Positions 1-8,922 are shown, counted from the first letter of the stretch. The stretch is DNA of 13,642 nucleotides from Polyangiaceae bacterium (GCA_033763455.1 JANRKO010000015.1:1-13642); one strand, 5' to 3'. Notes: generated by a model not told the origin, from the letters alone. A program made the numbers and translations.

Positions 1-125
1 GCGGTCACATCAGGTACAAGCCGAACCCGGGTTGGCTCACGCTCGCCCGAGGCTTTGAAAAACTAAGCACCCTGACCGAAGGCTGGACCGCCGCCAAATT
101 ACAGCTACACAGTGATCAACCATGA
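1..125 (+). mobile_element. C-terminal end of an IS4-family (IS50/Tn5-like) transposase, 5'-truncated by the window edge
   Basis: Frame starting at 3 reads GHIRYKPNPGWLTLARGFEKLSTLTEGWTAAKLQLHSDQP* (TGA 123-125). This matches the '(LG)G..K.G.PGW.TL.RG' motif of the Tn5-type C-terminal dimerisation domain. Not in the ORF track because it is truncated. Confidence 0.8.
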
Positions 126-126
126 G
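111..126 (-). repeat. Probable right terminal inverted repeat of the IS4-family element
   Basis: The reverse complement CTCATGGTTGATCACT overlaps the transposase stop codon and begins with CT, as IS50-type ends do. The partner end is outside the window, so this cannot be confirmed. Confidence 0.4.
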
Positions 127-189
127 CGCATGACAAGTATCTCTGTGCGTCGTGAACCCTCGTCTCCGCGTCATGATTCGCGACTTCGC

Positions 190-221
190 AGTCGATGTCT
201 TGTTGCCGAGTCGATGTCTTG
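190..221. repeat. 13-bp direct repeat AGTCGATGTCTTG x2
   Basis: Exact copies at 190-202 and 209-221. Confidence 0.85.
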
Positions 222-270
222 CCGGGGCGGCGCGGGTTGAGCGTCGACTGTGTGCCGCTGATCGGGCGTA

Positions 271-795
271 TTAGGCAGTTTGCGAGGTGCGGCCGAGCGA
301 GAGCTGATGCTGGCGAGTGAGCGAGGTGGCGAAAGCCGTACTTACTGTGCCGATGAGCACATCTGTGTTTACGGGCTTACCCAAACAGAAATCAGCTAAT
401 TCTTCGGCACGCGTGTTCGAATGGGACGAATGCACCACCACCACAAGCGACGGATACCTAACCGCGACTTCCTCCAACAGAGCCAAGCCACCCATTCCGG
501 GCATCTCCAAGTCTGTCACCAACACGTCGAACGCCTCCCGCTCCAACGCGGCTAACGCAAGCTCGGCACTGGTGGCTGTAGTGACCCGCCATTCTGGCGT
601 GGCCAGGCCCATGAGGCGCGTGAGCCCGCGCAATAGGGGCGCTTCATCATCCACGAGCAGAAGGCGCCCACCCACCGCACGCACTGCTGAAGGTGGCGGC
701 TGAGTACCGACGCTCACCTCGCCCCGCGCCGCGGGCTTTAGGGACGGCACTGCCTTCATACCGCGCTCATTCTCTCTGGTATCCGACACAGCCAT
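271..795 (-). CDS. Single-domain response regulator (CheY-like receiver); start uncertain (ATG 795 or 759)
   Basis: LLLVDDE acidic pocket, phospho-acceptor D in VTDLEMPGMGG, S in VHSSH, conserved KP (CLGKPV); no output domain. Confidence 0.9.
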   Translation of the reverse strand: MAVSDTRENERGMKAVPSLKPAARGEVSVGTQPPPSAVRAVGGRLLLVDDEAPLLRGLTRLMGLATPEWRVTTATSAELALAALEREAFDVLVTDLEMPGMGGLALLEEVAVRYPSLVVVVHSSHSNTRAEELADFCLGKPVNTDVLIGTVSTAFATSLTRQHQLSLGRTSQTA

Positions 796-899
796 CTCTA
801 TTTCATTAAGAAAGCAGCCCAAAACTAGGCTAGTTCCACTCTCAACGTTATATAACGCCTTGCTTCCATTGCCGCAATGCGTATTGTGCGGGGGCTTCC

Positions 900-1031
900 A
901 TGGAATCCGGAATCGTCACGCTCATCAAAATCGTTTCCACGCTAGTGCTCGCCATCGGAATTATTCCGCTCGTGTTTCTGTTCTCCCAGGGAGACAAAGA
1001 CGAACCACGCGGTTTCAATTCTGACCACTAA
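900..1031 (+). CDS. Putative 43-aa single-pass membrane protein
   Basis: ATG 900 to TAA 1031: MESGIVTLIKIVSTLVLAIGIIPLVFLFSQGDKDEPRGFNSDH. One hydrophobic stretch then a charged tail; G-rich run just upstream of the ATG. Below the ORF-track size cut-off. Confidence 0.6.
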   Translation: MESGIVTLIKIVSTLVLAIGIIPLVFLFSQGDKDEPRGFNSDH

Positions 1032-1373
1032 ACCACGCCGTTCTAAATACGGGCGCTAAGCCCTACTTGTTAACCTCTTCCTTTAGGTTGCGAGCCGGGC
1101 GTCCGGTATTCGAATTCGACAGCTACCAGGGTGGAAACCTTGGGTGCCGTTTGGCATGGCGGCCGTAAGGGGGCCCGAAGCGCCGACGGTCGGCGGATCG
1201 GTTGGGGATTGCGTTAGGCGGGGTTGGCGTGGACGCCACCTGGGTCCATGCTGACTCAGTTCCACTGGCGGTGAACTTCCGCTGGCGGTTTTGCGCGGTC
1301 GCCAGAAAATCCCCACCTGTTCGATGAAACCAATCGGGGACGCCCCGCATAACACTCTCGCACCCAAGTCAGG

Positions 1374-2366
1374 ATGGAGACTTTGAGCATGACGTTTTCG
1401 ATTCACACCGCGACCCACTCAACCTTCAGCAATGCACGGCCCAGCTACGCACCTGTGATTTCACGCATCCCCGTTGCTCGTGCGCATTCACGCAGTTCAT
1501 TCACTGCTTCGCCAAGCGCGCAACTTGGTGATTCATTGCCAGCCGGTAAAGTCGTGCATTCGGGGACGCAGCGGGCTCCGTTTGGCCTCGCGAGAGTGTT
1601 GCTCCTTCTAGGCTTATTGCTTGGTGGCCTCCCAGCTTGTGAAGGCAAGCCTTCCGAAAAGTCAGTTCCCGTGAGCGCCGAGCTCAAAGCCCCAGAAGCT
1701 CCGGCTCGAACGTCGGAGAAATTCATCGTGGATGTGCCGACCTCCAAAGCCAACTTCTTGATGGATGCGCCGCTTGAGAAGATCTACGGCGAAGCGAACC
1801 AAGCCATCATGGGTGACCTCTTCGTCGATCTGAAAGATCTCTCCAAGAGCTCGGGCTTGCTCCGCGTTGACTTGTTAAAGCTTGAAGTATTTCAACAGAA
1901 ACGTGAAGACGAGAAGGGCCAATTCGGCGAACGTGTCAAGAATGACAAGCAGAACGAGCATATGCGCACATGGTTTGAAATTAGCGATGACGTTCCGCCC
2001 ATGGTACGCGAGAAGAACCGCTTCATCGAATTCAAGCTCACGCAGGTGACGCCTTCGGTGCCAGATGTAACAGCCCTGCAAGGTGACACTCGCACGTTCA
2101 CGGCTACCGTGACCGCAGATCTTCGCCTGCACCAGCGCACCGTGAGCCGTAAAACCAAGCTCGAAGTGACCGTGCTTTATGCGGGCGGGAAGCCCACTTC
2201 CCTTAAGGTGAAGTCTCTGGAGCCACTCATGGTGAACCTTGAGGCACACGACGTAGTGCCCCGCTCAGCTTTCGAGAAGCTAGCCTCCAAGAGCCTTGCC
2301 GCACTGGGCCCCAAAGTTGCGGCCGAGGCGCCCGTGCTCGTGGAGTTTACGGCCAAGGCACCGTAA
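1374..2366 (+). CDS. YceI-like (lipid/polyisoprenoid-binding) domain lipoprotein; true start probably downstream of 1374
   Basis: Hydrophobic segment plus lipobox-like LLGGLPA-C, followed by YceI-type motifs (F.MDAPLEKI.G; NEHMRTWFE aligning with RDxHL; TVTADLRLHQ aligning with V.G.L.LHG). The N-terminal ~60 aa look non-coding. Confidence 0.7.
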   Translation: METLSMTFSIHTATHSTFSNARPSYAPVISRIPVARAHSRSSFTASPSAQLGDSLPAGKVVHSGTQRAPFGLARVLLLLGLLLGGLPACEGKPSEKSVPVSAELKAPEAPARTSEKFIVDVPTSKANFLMDAPLEKIYGEANQAIMGDLFVDLKDLSKSSGLLRVDLLKLEVFQQKREDEKGQFGERVKNDKQNEHMRTWFEISDDVPPMVREKNRFIEFKLTQVTPSVPDVTALQGDTRTFTATVTADLRLHQRTVSRKTKLEVTVLYAGGKPTSLKVKSLEPLMVNLEAHDVVPRSAFEKLASKSLAALGPKVAAEAPVLVEFTAKAP

Positions 2367-2367
2367 G

Positions 2368-2437
2368 GCGTTCGTTGCGCCTTCGTTGATTGCGCCTTCG
2401 TTGGGCGCTCCTTCGTTGGGCGCTCCTTCGTTGGGCG
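2368..2437. repeat. 15-bp-period tandem repeat (core CCTTCGTTG) between convergent genes
   Basis: CCTTCGTTG at 2380, 2395, 2410 and 2425, plus a degenerate copy near 2368. Confidence 0.9.
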
Positions 2438-2510
2438 TACGTCAGTGGGCAACAAGTAGGTTCAGCGACGGACACACTGACAGATGATCGCTCTCCAGCG
2501 AGGAACTTGC

Positions 2511-5420
2511 TTAGCGACGAACTCGTTCGCGCAGCACGCTAACATGAAGACGCTCTTTAGCCCTCAGCAACTCCAAGCTCACATCAGAACCTTCCGGACC
2601 CTCGAACGCCCGCCTAGCTTCTTCGGACGAGGTTACTTGGCGCCCATCTACGGATAGGAGAACGTCCCCATCGCGCAACCCAGCGCGTTCAGCTTCACTG
2701 CCGTTTGCGACGGCTCCGATCATAACACCCTTTTGACCCTCGAACTCGCCTTCCCGGAGGCTTACGGCGACGCTGGCCCCGAGAATGGGCAATGCTTCAT
2801 AGGCTTCGCTCAACACCAGATCCCCCGCCTCCACGAGCTTCCCTGCGAACACCACTACGCCGACCAACTTTCCCTTGCCGACACCTGCAAGCTGCGCGTG
2901 AAGCTCGGCTGGCCCTTCTTTCACGGCCTGTAGCTCGAAGTGCCCCTCCGCATCGGTGAAAACCACCTCCGGCGGGAGCGTGCCCACAGGAAGGAACTCC
3001 GACACCTCGCCCACGCTCACCCGCGCTCCACTCACAGGCTCTCGCTTTTGATTCAACACGCGGCCCGTTACTCGACCGGCAGCTTCGAGGGTCCAAGGAT
3101 CTAACACCAAGGGGCGCCCGTGTGTATCCGCGGTGGGCACTTGAACAACTATCGATTGTGGTGCGAAGTCCGGATGCCGCACCTCAAAGCTCACCTTCGC
3201 CGGCGGCACATTCTCCAGAATGAAGTGCCCAGAATTGTCCGTCGTCGTAAAAAACCGAACGCCTTCGACTTGCGCCGATACACTCGCCCCCTCCACGTTT
3301 ACGTGGCCACGCACGCCCCGCACCACTCCCTCGACACGAACACCCAAAGCGAGCTTTACCTCCACACGCGTCTTCAAAGATGCTTCCGAATGGCGTGAAA
3401 GCGCATACCCGGGAGCACTTACCGTATATTGAACGTTACGCCCTGCCGCATCTTCCAACTCCGCATACCCTTCTGCATCGGTAAACAGCGTCTTGCGGAA
3501 GGGTGCGCTAGGGGTGAGAGACGCGACACTCACTTGAGCTAGGAGCAAAGGCTCTTCTCGTTGCCCAAGAACGCGAAACTTCACTTTATCGCGAAGGGGC
3601 GTAAGGGCTATTTCGATCTCTTGGCGCTGGTTCGGCACCACGCTGAAGGTTTCCCGATACACTGGCTGAAAAGGGGCTTCGGGGCGAGCGACCGTTACCA
3701 CCACTTGCGCCGGAAGAGTCGCGAACCGAAAGCTGCCGTCGGCTTCCGTCCAGGCGTTGCGACGCAGGGTGCCGCGCGCCGCCATCGCTTCCACACGTGC
3801 CCCGGCCACAGCGAAACCGCGATCGTCCTTAACAGTACCAAAAAGCTCCCCGCCCGCTAACAGCGTGATGACCACCTCGGCATGCCCACCTTTGCTCAAC
3901 ACGACGGCATCGCTCATGCCATCCACAAAATCCGGATGCCGCGCAATCACAAATACACGCCCCGGGGTTACCGGAAATGCCTTAAACCGGCCATCTTCGC
4001 CCGTAACCCAAGCAGCCGTGGCAGGAGGCTGAACGGCGCCCCCAGCTAACGCTTCGCCTCTTCCAGGAATGGGAGGAACTGGACCGGGCATAACACCCAA
4101 TTCTCCAACGGGGATGAGCAGACGAGGGCCTGATTCCGCCCAGGCGAAGTGAGAGCGCTCGAAGTCTAGCGCTTGCGGCGTTTCCGCGACCGGCAAGCCA
4201 AACACGTCGTTGCCGATAACTTCTATGGAGGCACCAGGCACCGCGAACCCACGCGCATCCTGCACTCGCCCCGAAAGCGTAGCACCACGAAGCAACTTCA
4301 CCGGGATGGGTTTCGGAAACGGGAAAGCCACCGGCAGCGCGTGCGTCGCCACAAAGCCTTCGGCGAAGGCACTTACGCCGAGACCACCTTCGGCAAGAGG
4401 GCCCAAGCTGATCTGACCATTCTTTCCAGTCTTTCCCCGCAGAGGGAAAAAGCTCAGCCCCTCTTCAGCAACCACTACTTCAGCATTAGCAATGCGAGCT
4501 TCTCCCAGGCCCTCTTCGCTCACCTCCACGAGCACAAACTGCCCCTCATGCAACGTGACGTCGAGCGTGAGCTTCGCGCCACGAGTTAACGCGAGAGGAG
4601 TGCGTGCAGTGCCAACGAGCGAACCCCGCTGTGCCTTCACCTCGTAAACCCCCTCGGGAAGCCCCAGAATATTTACTTCCCCTGCCGAGTTCGTGGCCAC
4701 GCGCCGTGGCGGCCACAAGCTCGCTCCCGCCAGGAAAACATCCGCTGCTTTGGCGGCTTTTCCACCAGGCTCCTTCACCCGTACTAGCAAGCTTGCCAGC
4801 CGCCCCAGCACCAAGCTCACCTCTTTCCGAACCTGTAAGCGCTCGCCCGGCTCTAAGCCTTCCGCATACACCCGAACTCTGAAGGGACCGGGAGTGAGCC
4901 GAGAAAACAGGGCCATTCCGCGTTCATCCGTGAGGGCGCCGTAAGGCAACGCTCCAGGAACATCCACCAACACACTCGCGCGCACGAGGGGCTTGCCTGA
5001 TTCGTCGCTGACTTTTACCGCCACAGCTTCGGCGTGAGCCAACTGCACTCGGACGTGTTGGAGCCCCTTTTTGAGCGTTCGCAACAGCGCCACCCGTGCG
5101 TATTCCTTGCTCGAAACCAAGAGCCAACACGATGCCGCCGGCAGATCGTTTAAAACGACCACTCCGCTCGCGTCTGTGGCGCCCGAGGCACCCTCTCGGT
5201 ACTTATCTCCAAGTGGACAATACACGCGCACCTCCGCGCGAGCCGCTTTGCCGCTCGGAGTTGTGACGGCCACCAGGAGCTGCGCCGCGGACGCGAAAGT
5301 TGGGACAAGAAGTGGCTGATGTTGAGCTACTGGCGTGTCGACCATGCCCACCACGACCACCACACAAGCTAACGTCACGAGCCATTGCCGGAAACGTTCG
5401 CTCAGCGTGCGCCCGGTCAT
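2511..5420 (-). CDS. Large secreted or membrane-anchored protein with multiple carboxypeptidase-regulatory-like beta-sandwich repeats and a C-terminal PDZ domain
   Basis: 969 aa; N-terminal hydrophobic segment; repeated G.V.D..G.PV.GA.V ... TD..G.F motifs; C-terminal PDZ signature V..GSEAERAGLRDGDVLLSVDG. Confidence 0.88.
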   Translation of the reverse strand: MTGRTLSERFRQWLVTLACVVVVVGMVDTPVAQHQPLLVPTFASAAQLLVAVTTPSGKAARAEVRVYCPLGDKYREGASGATDASGVVVLNDLPAASCWLLVSSKEYARVALLRTLKKGLQHVRVQLAHAEAVAVKVSDESGKPLVRASVLVDVPGALPYGALTDERGMALFSRLTPGPFRVRVYAEGLEPGERLQVRKEVSLVLGRLASLLVRVKEPGGKAAKAADVFLAGASLWPPRRVATNSAGEVNILGLPEGVYEVKAQRGSLVGTARTPLALTRGAKLTLDVTLHEGQFVLVEVSEEGLGEARIANAEVVVAEEGLSFFPLRGKTGKNGQISLGPLAEGGLGVSAFAEGFVATHALPVAFPFPKPIPVKLLRGATLSGRVQDARGFAVPGASIEVIGNDVFGLPVAETPQALDFERSHFAWAESGPRLLIPVGELGVMPGPVPPIPGRGEALAGGAVQPPATAAWVTGEDGRFKAFPVTPGRVFVIARHPDFVDGMSDAVVLSKGGHAEVVITLLAGGELFGTVKDDRGFAVAGARVEAMAARGTLRRNAWTEADGSFRFATLPAQVVVTVARPEAPFQPVYRETFSVVPNQRQEIEIALTPLRDKVKFRVLGQREEPLLLAQVSVASLTPSAPFRKTLFTDAEGYAELEDAAGRNVQYTVSAPGYALSRHSEASLKTRVEVKLALGVRVEGVVRGVRGHVNVEGASVSAQVEGVRFFTTTDNSGHFILENVPPAKVSFEVRHPDFAPQSIVVQVPTADTHGRPLVLDPWTLEAAGRVTGRVLNQKREPVSGARVSVGEVSEFLPVGTLPPEVVFTDAEGHFELQAVKEGPAELHAQLAGVGKGKLVGVVVFAGKLVEAGDLVLSEAYEALPILGASVAVSLREGEFEGQKGVMIGAVANGSEAERAGLRDGDVLLSVDGRQVTSSEEARRAFEGPEGSDVSLELLRAKERLHVSVLRERVRR

Positions 5421-5691
5421 CGTGCAGAAACGCTATCGCGAAAGCCTCGACACTCGCCAGCCCCTCGCCGCCTCCAGCACACCGGCAGCCCCTCTCCGCC
5501 CGGTGGAAACTGAGCAACGCTCGTCCACCTCAAGTTGACAGAACGTCAAAGCCACGACCGACCAGCAGTACGCCCCCAGAGACAGTGCTCCTACGATACG
5601 CACGCCGGATGCAGCCGTACGGGCGGCAGCGTTCGCTACCAGACGATCACCCAACGCTCTCAGGGCCGGCAGGCGTAACGGGTGGAAAAAC

Positions 5692-5835
5692 GTAACGCGT
5701 GGGGACCAGCGCGGGCGAGAAAGTAACCGGCGCGGACCAACTCGGGCGGGCAGCAACGCCGGCACCAATTCGGGCGGCAAGAGTAACCGGCGCGGACCAA
5801 CTCGGGCGGGCAGCAACGCGGGGAGACTCAGGGAA
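5692..5835. repeat. Degenerate ~30-bp tandem repeat with 60-bp higher-order period in a divergent intergenic region
   Basis: AGTAACCGGCGCGGACCAACTCGGGCGGGCAGCAACGC is exact at 5722-5759 and 5782-5819; about five G(T/C)AAC...ACCA...CGGG sub-units. Confidence 0.85.
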
Positions 5836-5907
5836 CCATCGGAGAGGCAGGCGTAGGTGAGACCAAGCGTCGCCCCGTCCTCGTGGGAGTGCTAGCCTGA
5901 ATGCTTC

Positions 5908-7143
5908 GTGCACTCACGTTTTCTTCTTTGGTGTGCCGGGGTCGCTTCCCTGGCCCTCTGCTTCTGCCAGTCTGAGAAGCCACCGGCATACTTTGACCTT
6001 TCCAGGAACAACTCCAACGCTAGCACCGGCGGTGCAGCTCCGGGTGATGTTGGATTTGAAATTCCTCCTCCACGGCCACCGGATATCAACACCATGGGCC
6101 TGTGCGTGAACGAAGTGACACCCGTGGCCATTGAAGCACCCAATCTGTATTTCGTTTTGGATCGCTCAGGCAGCATGCTGGAGCCTCTCGCGAATTCCCA
6201 ACTGAGCAAGTATCGAGCTGCCGAGGTTGCCATCGTGGAAATGCTACGAAAGATCGGCCATCGAGTGCGCTACGGTGCCACTATCTTTCCCGCCCCCAAC
6301 AGCCCAACAGGGTGCGGAGCCGGCGTGCAGATCTTGGAGGCGCAACGTGGGGACCCCTATTCAGCTGACCCAGATGCCGAGGACGGCCCAGTATTGCAGC
6401 TCTTCATCGACAAGCTCAATCGTTCAGCACCGCCGGTAAGTGGCAGTGGCGGCACGCCAACAGCTGCAACACTCGCAGCGCTTGTGGATCCACTCGCGGC
6501 ACTCCCCGGCAGCACCGTGGCTGTACTCGTCACGGATGGCGCCCCCAACTGCAACGCCAAGGCCACGTGTGATCAGGACAACTGCATTGCCAACATTGTC
6601 TTGGGGCCCACAGCCTGCGGCCTCAACGTGAACTGCTGCAGCACTCAGGCGAATGGCTCACCCGAAGGCTGCTTCGACCAGGAGCCAACAAGGGCGGCAG
6701 TAAAATCGCTGGCGGATCGCGGCATTCAGACCTTCGTCGTCGGCATGCCCGGCAGCGAAGCTTTCACCACCCTCCTTAACCAACTCGCCGTGCTCGGTGG
6801 GACTGCCCGCTCGATGACTCCAGCTACTCCAACAACTCCAACAACTCCAACAACTCCCGACTACTACTCAGTGAACGACACCCAAGCTCTTGGTAATGCA
6901 CTGCTCGAAATCGGAGCCTCCCTAGCCCAGAGCTGCGAAGTGGCTCTCAGCAAAGCGCCGCCGGACCCCGCGCTCGTTAACGTCTTTCTTGATCTCGACG
7001 TGATTGGGCAGAGCGAGACCAACGGTTGGACTTGGAACGGCACCTCCGCCCTAACTCTACGAGGCGACGCCTGCGATCGAGTGAAGCTCGGTAACGTTCA
7101 ACAGATCCAGGTAGTGGCGGGTTGCCCCACCGTCCTTAGGTAA
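5908..7143 (+). CDS. Secreted/lipoprotein von Willebrand factor A domain protein with Cys-rich insertion
   Basis: Signal-like N-terminus with Cys; MIDAS DxSxS (FVLDRSGSM), GGTPT, and VLVTDGAPNC; Cys-rich loops and C-terminal VVAGCPT. Confidence 0.9.
   Translation: MHSRFLLWCAGVASLALCFCQSEKPPAYFDLSRNNSNASTGGAAPGDVGFEIPPPRPPDINTMGLCVNEVTPVAIEAPNLYFVLDRSGSMLEPLANSQLSKYRAAEVAIVEMLRKIGHRVRYGATIFPAPNSPTGCGAGVQILEAQRGDPYSADPDAEDGPVLQLFIDKLNRSAPPVSGSGGTPTAATLAALVDPLAALPGSTVAVLVTDGAPNCNAKATCDQDNCIANIVLGPTACGLNVNCCSTQANGSPEGCFDQEPTRAAVKSLADRGIQTFVVGMPGSEAFTTLLNQLAVLGGTARSMTPATPTTPTTPTTPDYYSVNDTQALGNALLEIGASLAQSCEVALSKAPPDPALVNVFLDLDVIGQSETNGWTWNGTSALTLRGDACDRVKLGNVQQIQVVAGCPTVLR
6817..6858 (+). repeat. 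In-frame 9-bp tandem repeat (ACTCCAACA) encoding TPATPTTPTTPTTP
   Basis: actccagct actccaaca actccaaca actccaaca actccc. Confidence 0.9.
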
Positions 7144-7144
7144 C

Positions 7145-8158
7145 TTACCTCGGAAAATCAAGTGGAGATCTAACACCCAAACCACCACGATTGAGGACGT
7201 GTGTGTAGATCATGGTGGTGGTAACCGAGCGGTGCCCGAGCAACTCTTGGATAGTCCGAATGTCGTAGCCAGCATCCAAGAGATGTGTTGCAAATGAATG
7301 CCGAAGCGTGTGGCACGTAACTCTCTTGCTGAGCCCAGCAACAAGCCCCGCAATACGCACCGCTCGCTGTAGGGCAGATTCATGAAAATGATGGCGCCTG
7401 CGCTGATTCAACTGCCGATGGGTGTGAACACGAGATGCAGGAAACAGCCATTGCCAGGGCCATTGCCGACCAGCCTGATAAAGCTTCCGCTCCAAGCCCT
7501 CCGGGAGCGCCACCCAGCCGGCGCCCGCGGCCACATCCAACCGGTGCTGAGCACGCACGCGAGCCAAGTGTTCCCCGAGCTCCACGCTCAACTGCGAAGG
7601 GAGCGGTGTGACTCGATCTTTTGCCCCTTTCCCCTGGCGAACAACAATCTCCCCTCGCTCAAGGTCCACATCCTTTACGCGAAGCTCCGCACACTCCATC
7701 AGACGTAACCCCGACCCATAGAGCAGGCTCGCCATCAGCTTGGGAGTACCCTCCATGCGCTCCAGCACACGTTGCACCTCGGTACGCGTGAGCACCGTTG
7801 GCAGCCGTTCCGCGGCCTTAGCTCGAACGAAAACCGGCTCATCCAACGGTGACATCAACACGCGTTGGTAGAGGAAAAGCAGTGCCGCCAGCGCTTGGTT
7901 CTGGGTAGCAGCCGCAACCTCCAGTCGATTCGCCAAGTCACTCAGGAAAGCCGACACCTCCGGCGCCCCCATTTCTGACGGGTGCCGGAGACGATGAAAC
8001 CGAACGAAGCGTTTCACCCACCCCTCATAGGCCTCAATCGTTCGAGGACTATAGTGCCGGAGGCGAAGCTCGCTTCGCATCATTTCAAGCAGCCTGGGCC
8101 CATGAGATGGTGTCACACCCCAGCTAACAGCAACCTCTGTGCCAGCGGCACCACCCAC
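7145..8158 (-). CDS. intI: Integron integrase (tyrosine recombinase); start GTG 8158 or GTG 8116
   Basis: RHYSPRT.EAY and TQNQAL.ALLFLY N-terminal motifs; catalytic R (SGLRLME), K (GKGAKDR), HxxR (HTLRHSFATHLL), H (LLGH) and Y (TMIYTHV); integron-specific insertion WQWLFPAS...RRHH; divergent from an attC array. Confidence 0.98.
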   Translation of the reverse strand: MGGAAGTEVAVSWGVTPSHGPRLLEMMRSELRLRHYSPRTIEAYEGWVKRFVRFHRLRHPSEMGAPEVSAFLSDLANRLEVAAATQNQALAALLFLYQRVLMSPLDEPVFVRAKAAERLPTVLTRTEVQRVLERMEGTPKLMASLLYGSGLRLMECAELRVKDVDLERGEIVVRQGKGAKDRVTPLPSQLSVELGEHLARVRAQHRLDVAAGAGWVALPEGLERKLYQAGRQWPWQWLFPASRVHTHRQLNQRRRHHFHESALQRAVRIAGLVAGLSKRVTCHTLRHSFATHLLDAGYDIRTIQELLGHRSVTTTMIYTHVLNRGGLGVRSPLDFPR

Positions 8159-8248
8159 AAAGTCTCGACTCCTGCAAGCTCACCCGCACGTCAGTAGCAA
8201 CTCCGATGTCCGACAGACAGACACCCCCCCAAGGCCATCAGCCCAAGA

Positions 8249-8350
8249 ATTATGCAGATCACCAGTAACCGATTAGGCAGATCTGTCTAAATGTGCGACC
8301 CGGCGGGAACCTAGGGAATTCCCTCTATTTTGGCTCGGATTATGCGAATC
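8249..8350 (+). promoter_or_regulatory. Three 12-bp imperfect direct repeats upstream of attI (candidate IntI accessory or regulator sites)
   Basis: ATTATGCAGATC 8249-8260, ATTAGGCAGATC 8272-8283, ATTATGCGAATC 8339-8350. Confidence 0.55.
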
Positions 8351-8369
8351 CTACTTTCAGGCGTTTGTT

Positions 8370-8387
8370 GGCTAATGTACGTTGGGC
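8370..8387 (+). other. attI simple site (crossover G|TT at 8381/8382)
   Basis: GGCTAAT-GTAC-GTTGGGC: an inverse-core-like L box and a GTTRRRY R box. No attC palindrome upstream; similarity to the repeated cassette begins here. Confidence 0.85.
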
Positions 8388-8922
8388 AGACGCTTGGGTA
8401 ATTTTGGTTTGGTGTCGCTAAAGAGCCTGCTGTGGTGCAGTCGAAGCTTGGCGCGGCCCGCCGACTCGGACACCGCCTCCTTCGCGGCCTTCTCTTGCGT
8501 TTAGTGCCCCTGATTCAATGGCTTCGCGTCAGGTGCCGCCTTCGCGCTCTTTCCTCCAGGAATGCCAGCTTCGCTCGATCAGCACGTTGTGTTTGCTTCC
8601 GCTGTGTATTTTCGAAAGAGCGCTGCAGCTGCTGGTTGCTGCTTTTTCGAGAGTGCCAGGCGCTGCTTTCCGGCCCGGACACCGCCGCCTTCGCGGGTTT
8701 CTCTCGCGTTTGGTGCCCACCGGCCATGGCACGGCGTCGGGTGCCTCGCTCGCGGTTTCGTGTGACGTCATGCCTTCCTTGCTGCTTTTTCCAAGCGGGC
8801 CGCCGCTCCGTTTTGCCTCGTTCTCCCTTCCTTCGCGCGGCGCTGCCCAACATGCGCTTGCAGCTGACGAGCGCCGTCGCTCGCTTCGCTCACTCTGGCC
8901 CTCGCACCTGAAGCGTTGTACG
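8382..8922 (+). mobile_element. Cassette 1 (541 bp), gene-less repeated family, copy A
   Basis: Bounded by the attI GTT and attC 8845-8928; no ORF conserved between family copies. Confidence 0.9.

Noticed and set aside
1085..1350. Several GC-rich hairpins and two short minus-strand ORFs
   Set aside because: No recognisable tRNA, 6S or riboswitch motif, and the ORFs lack protein-like features; an Rfam scan would be needed.
2733..5695. Many small ORFs overlapping the 969-aa gene
   Set aside because: Antisense or alternative-frame shadows of a well-supported GC-rich gene.
8159..8370. Canonical LexA box or sigma70 Pc/Pint promoter
   Set aside because: No CTGT-N8-ACAG and no convincing -35/-10 pair by eye.
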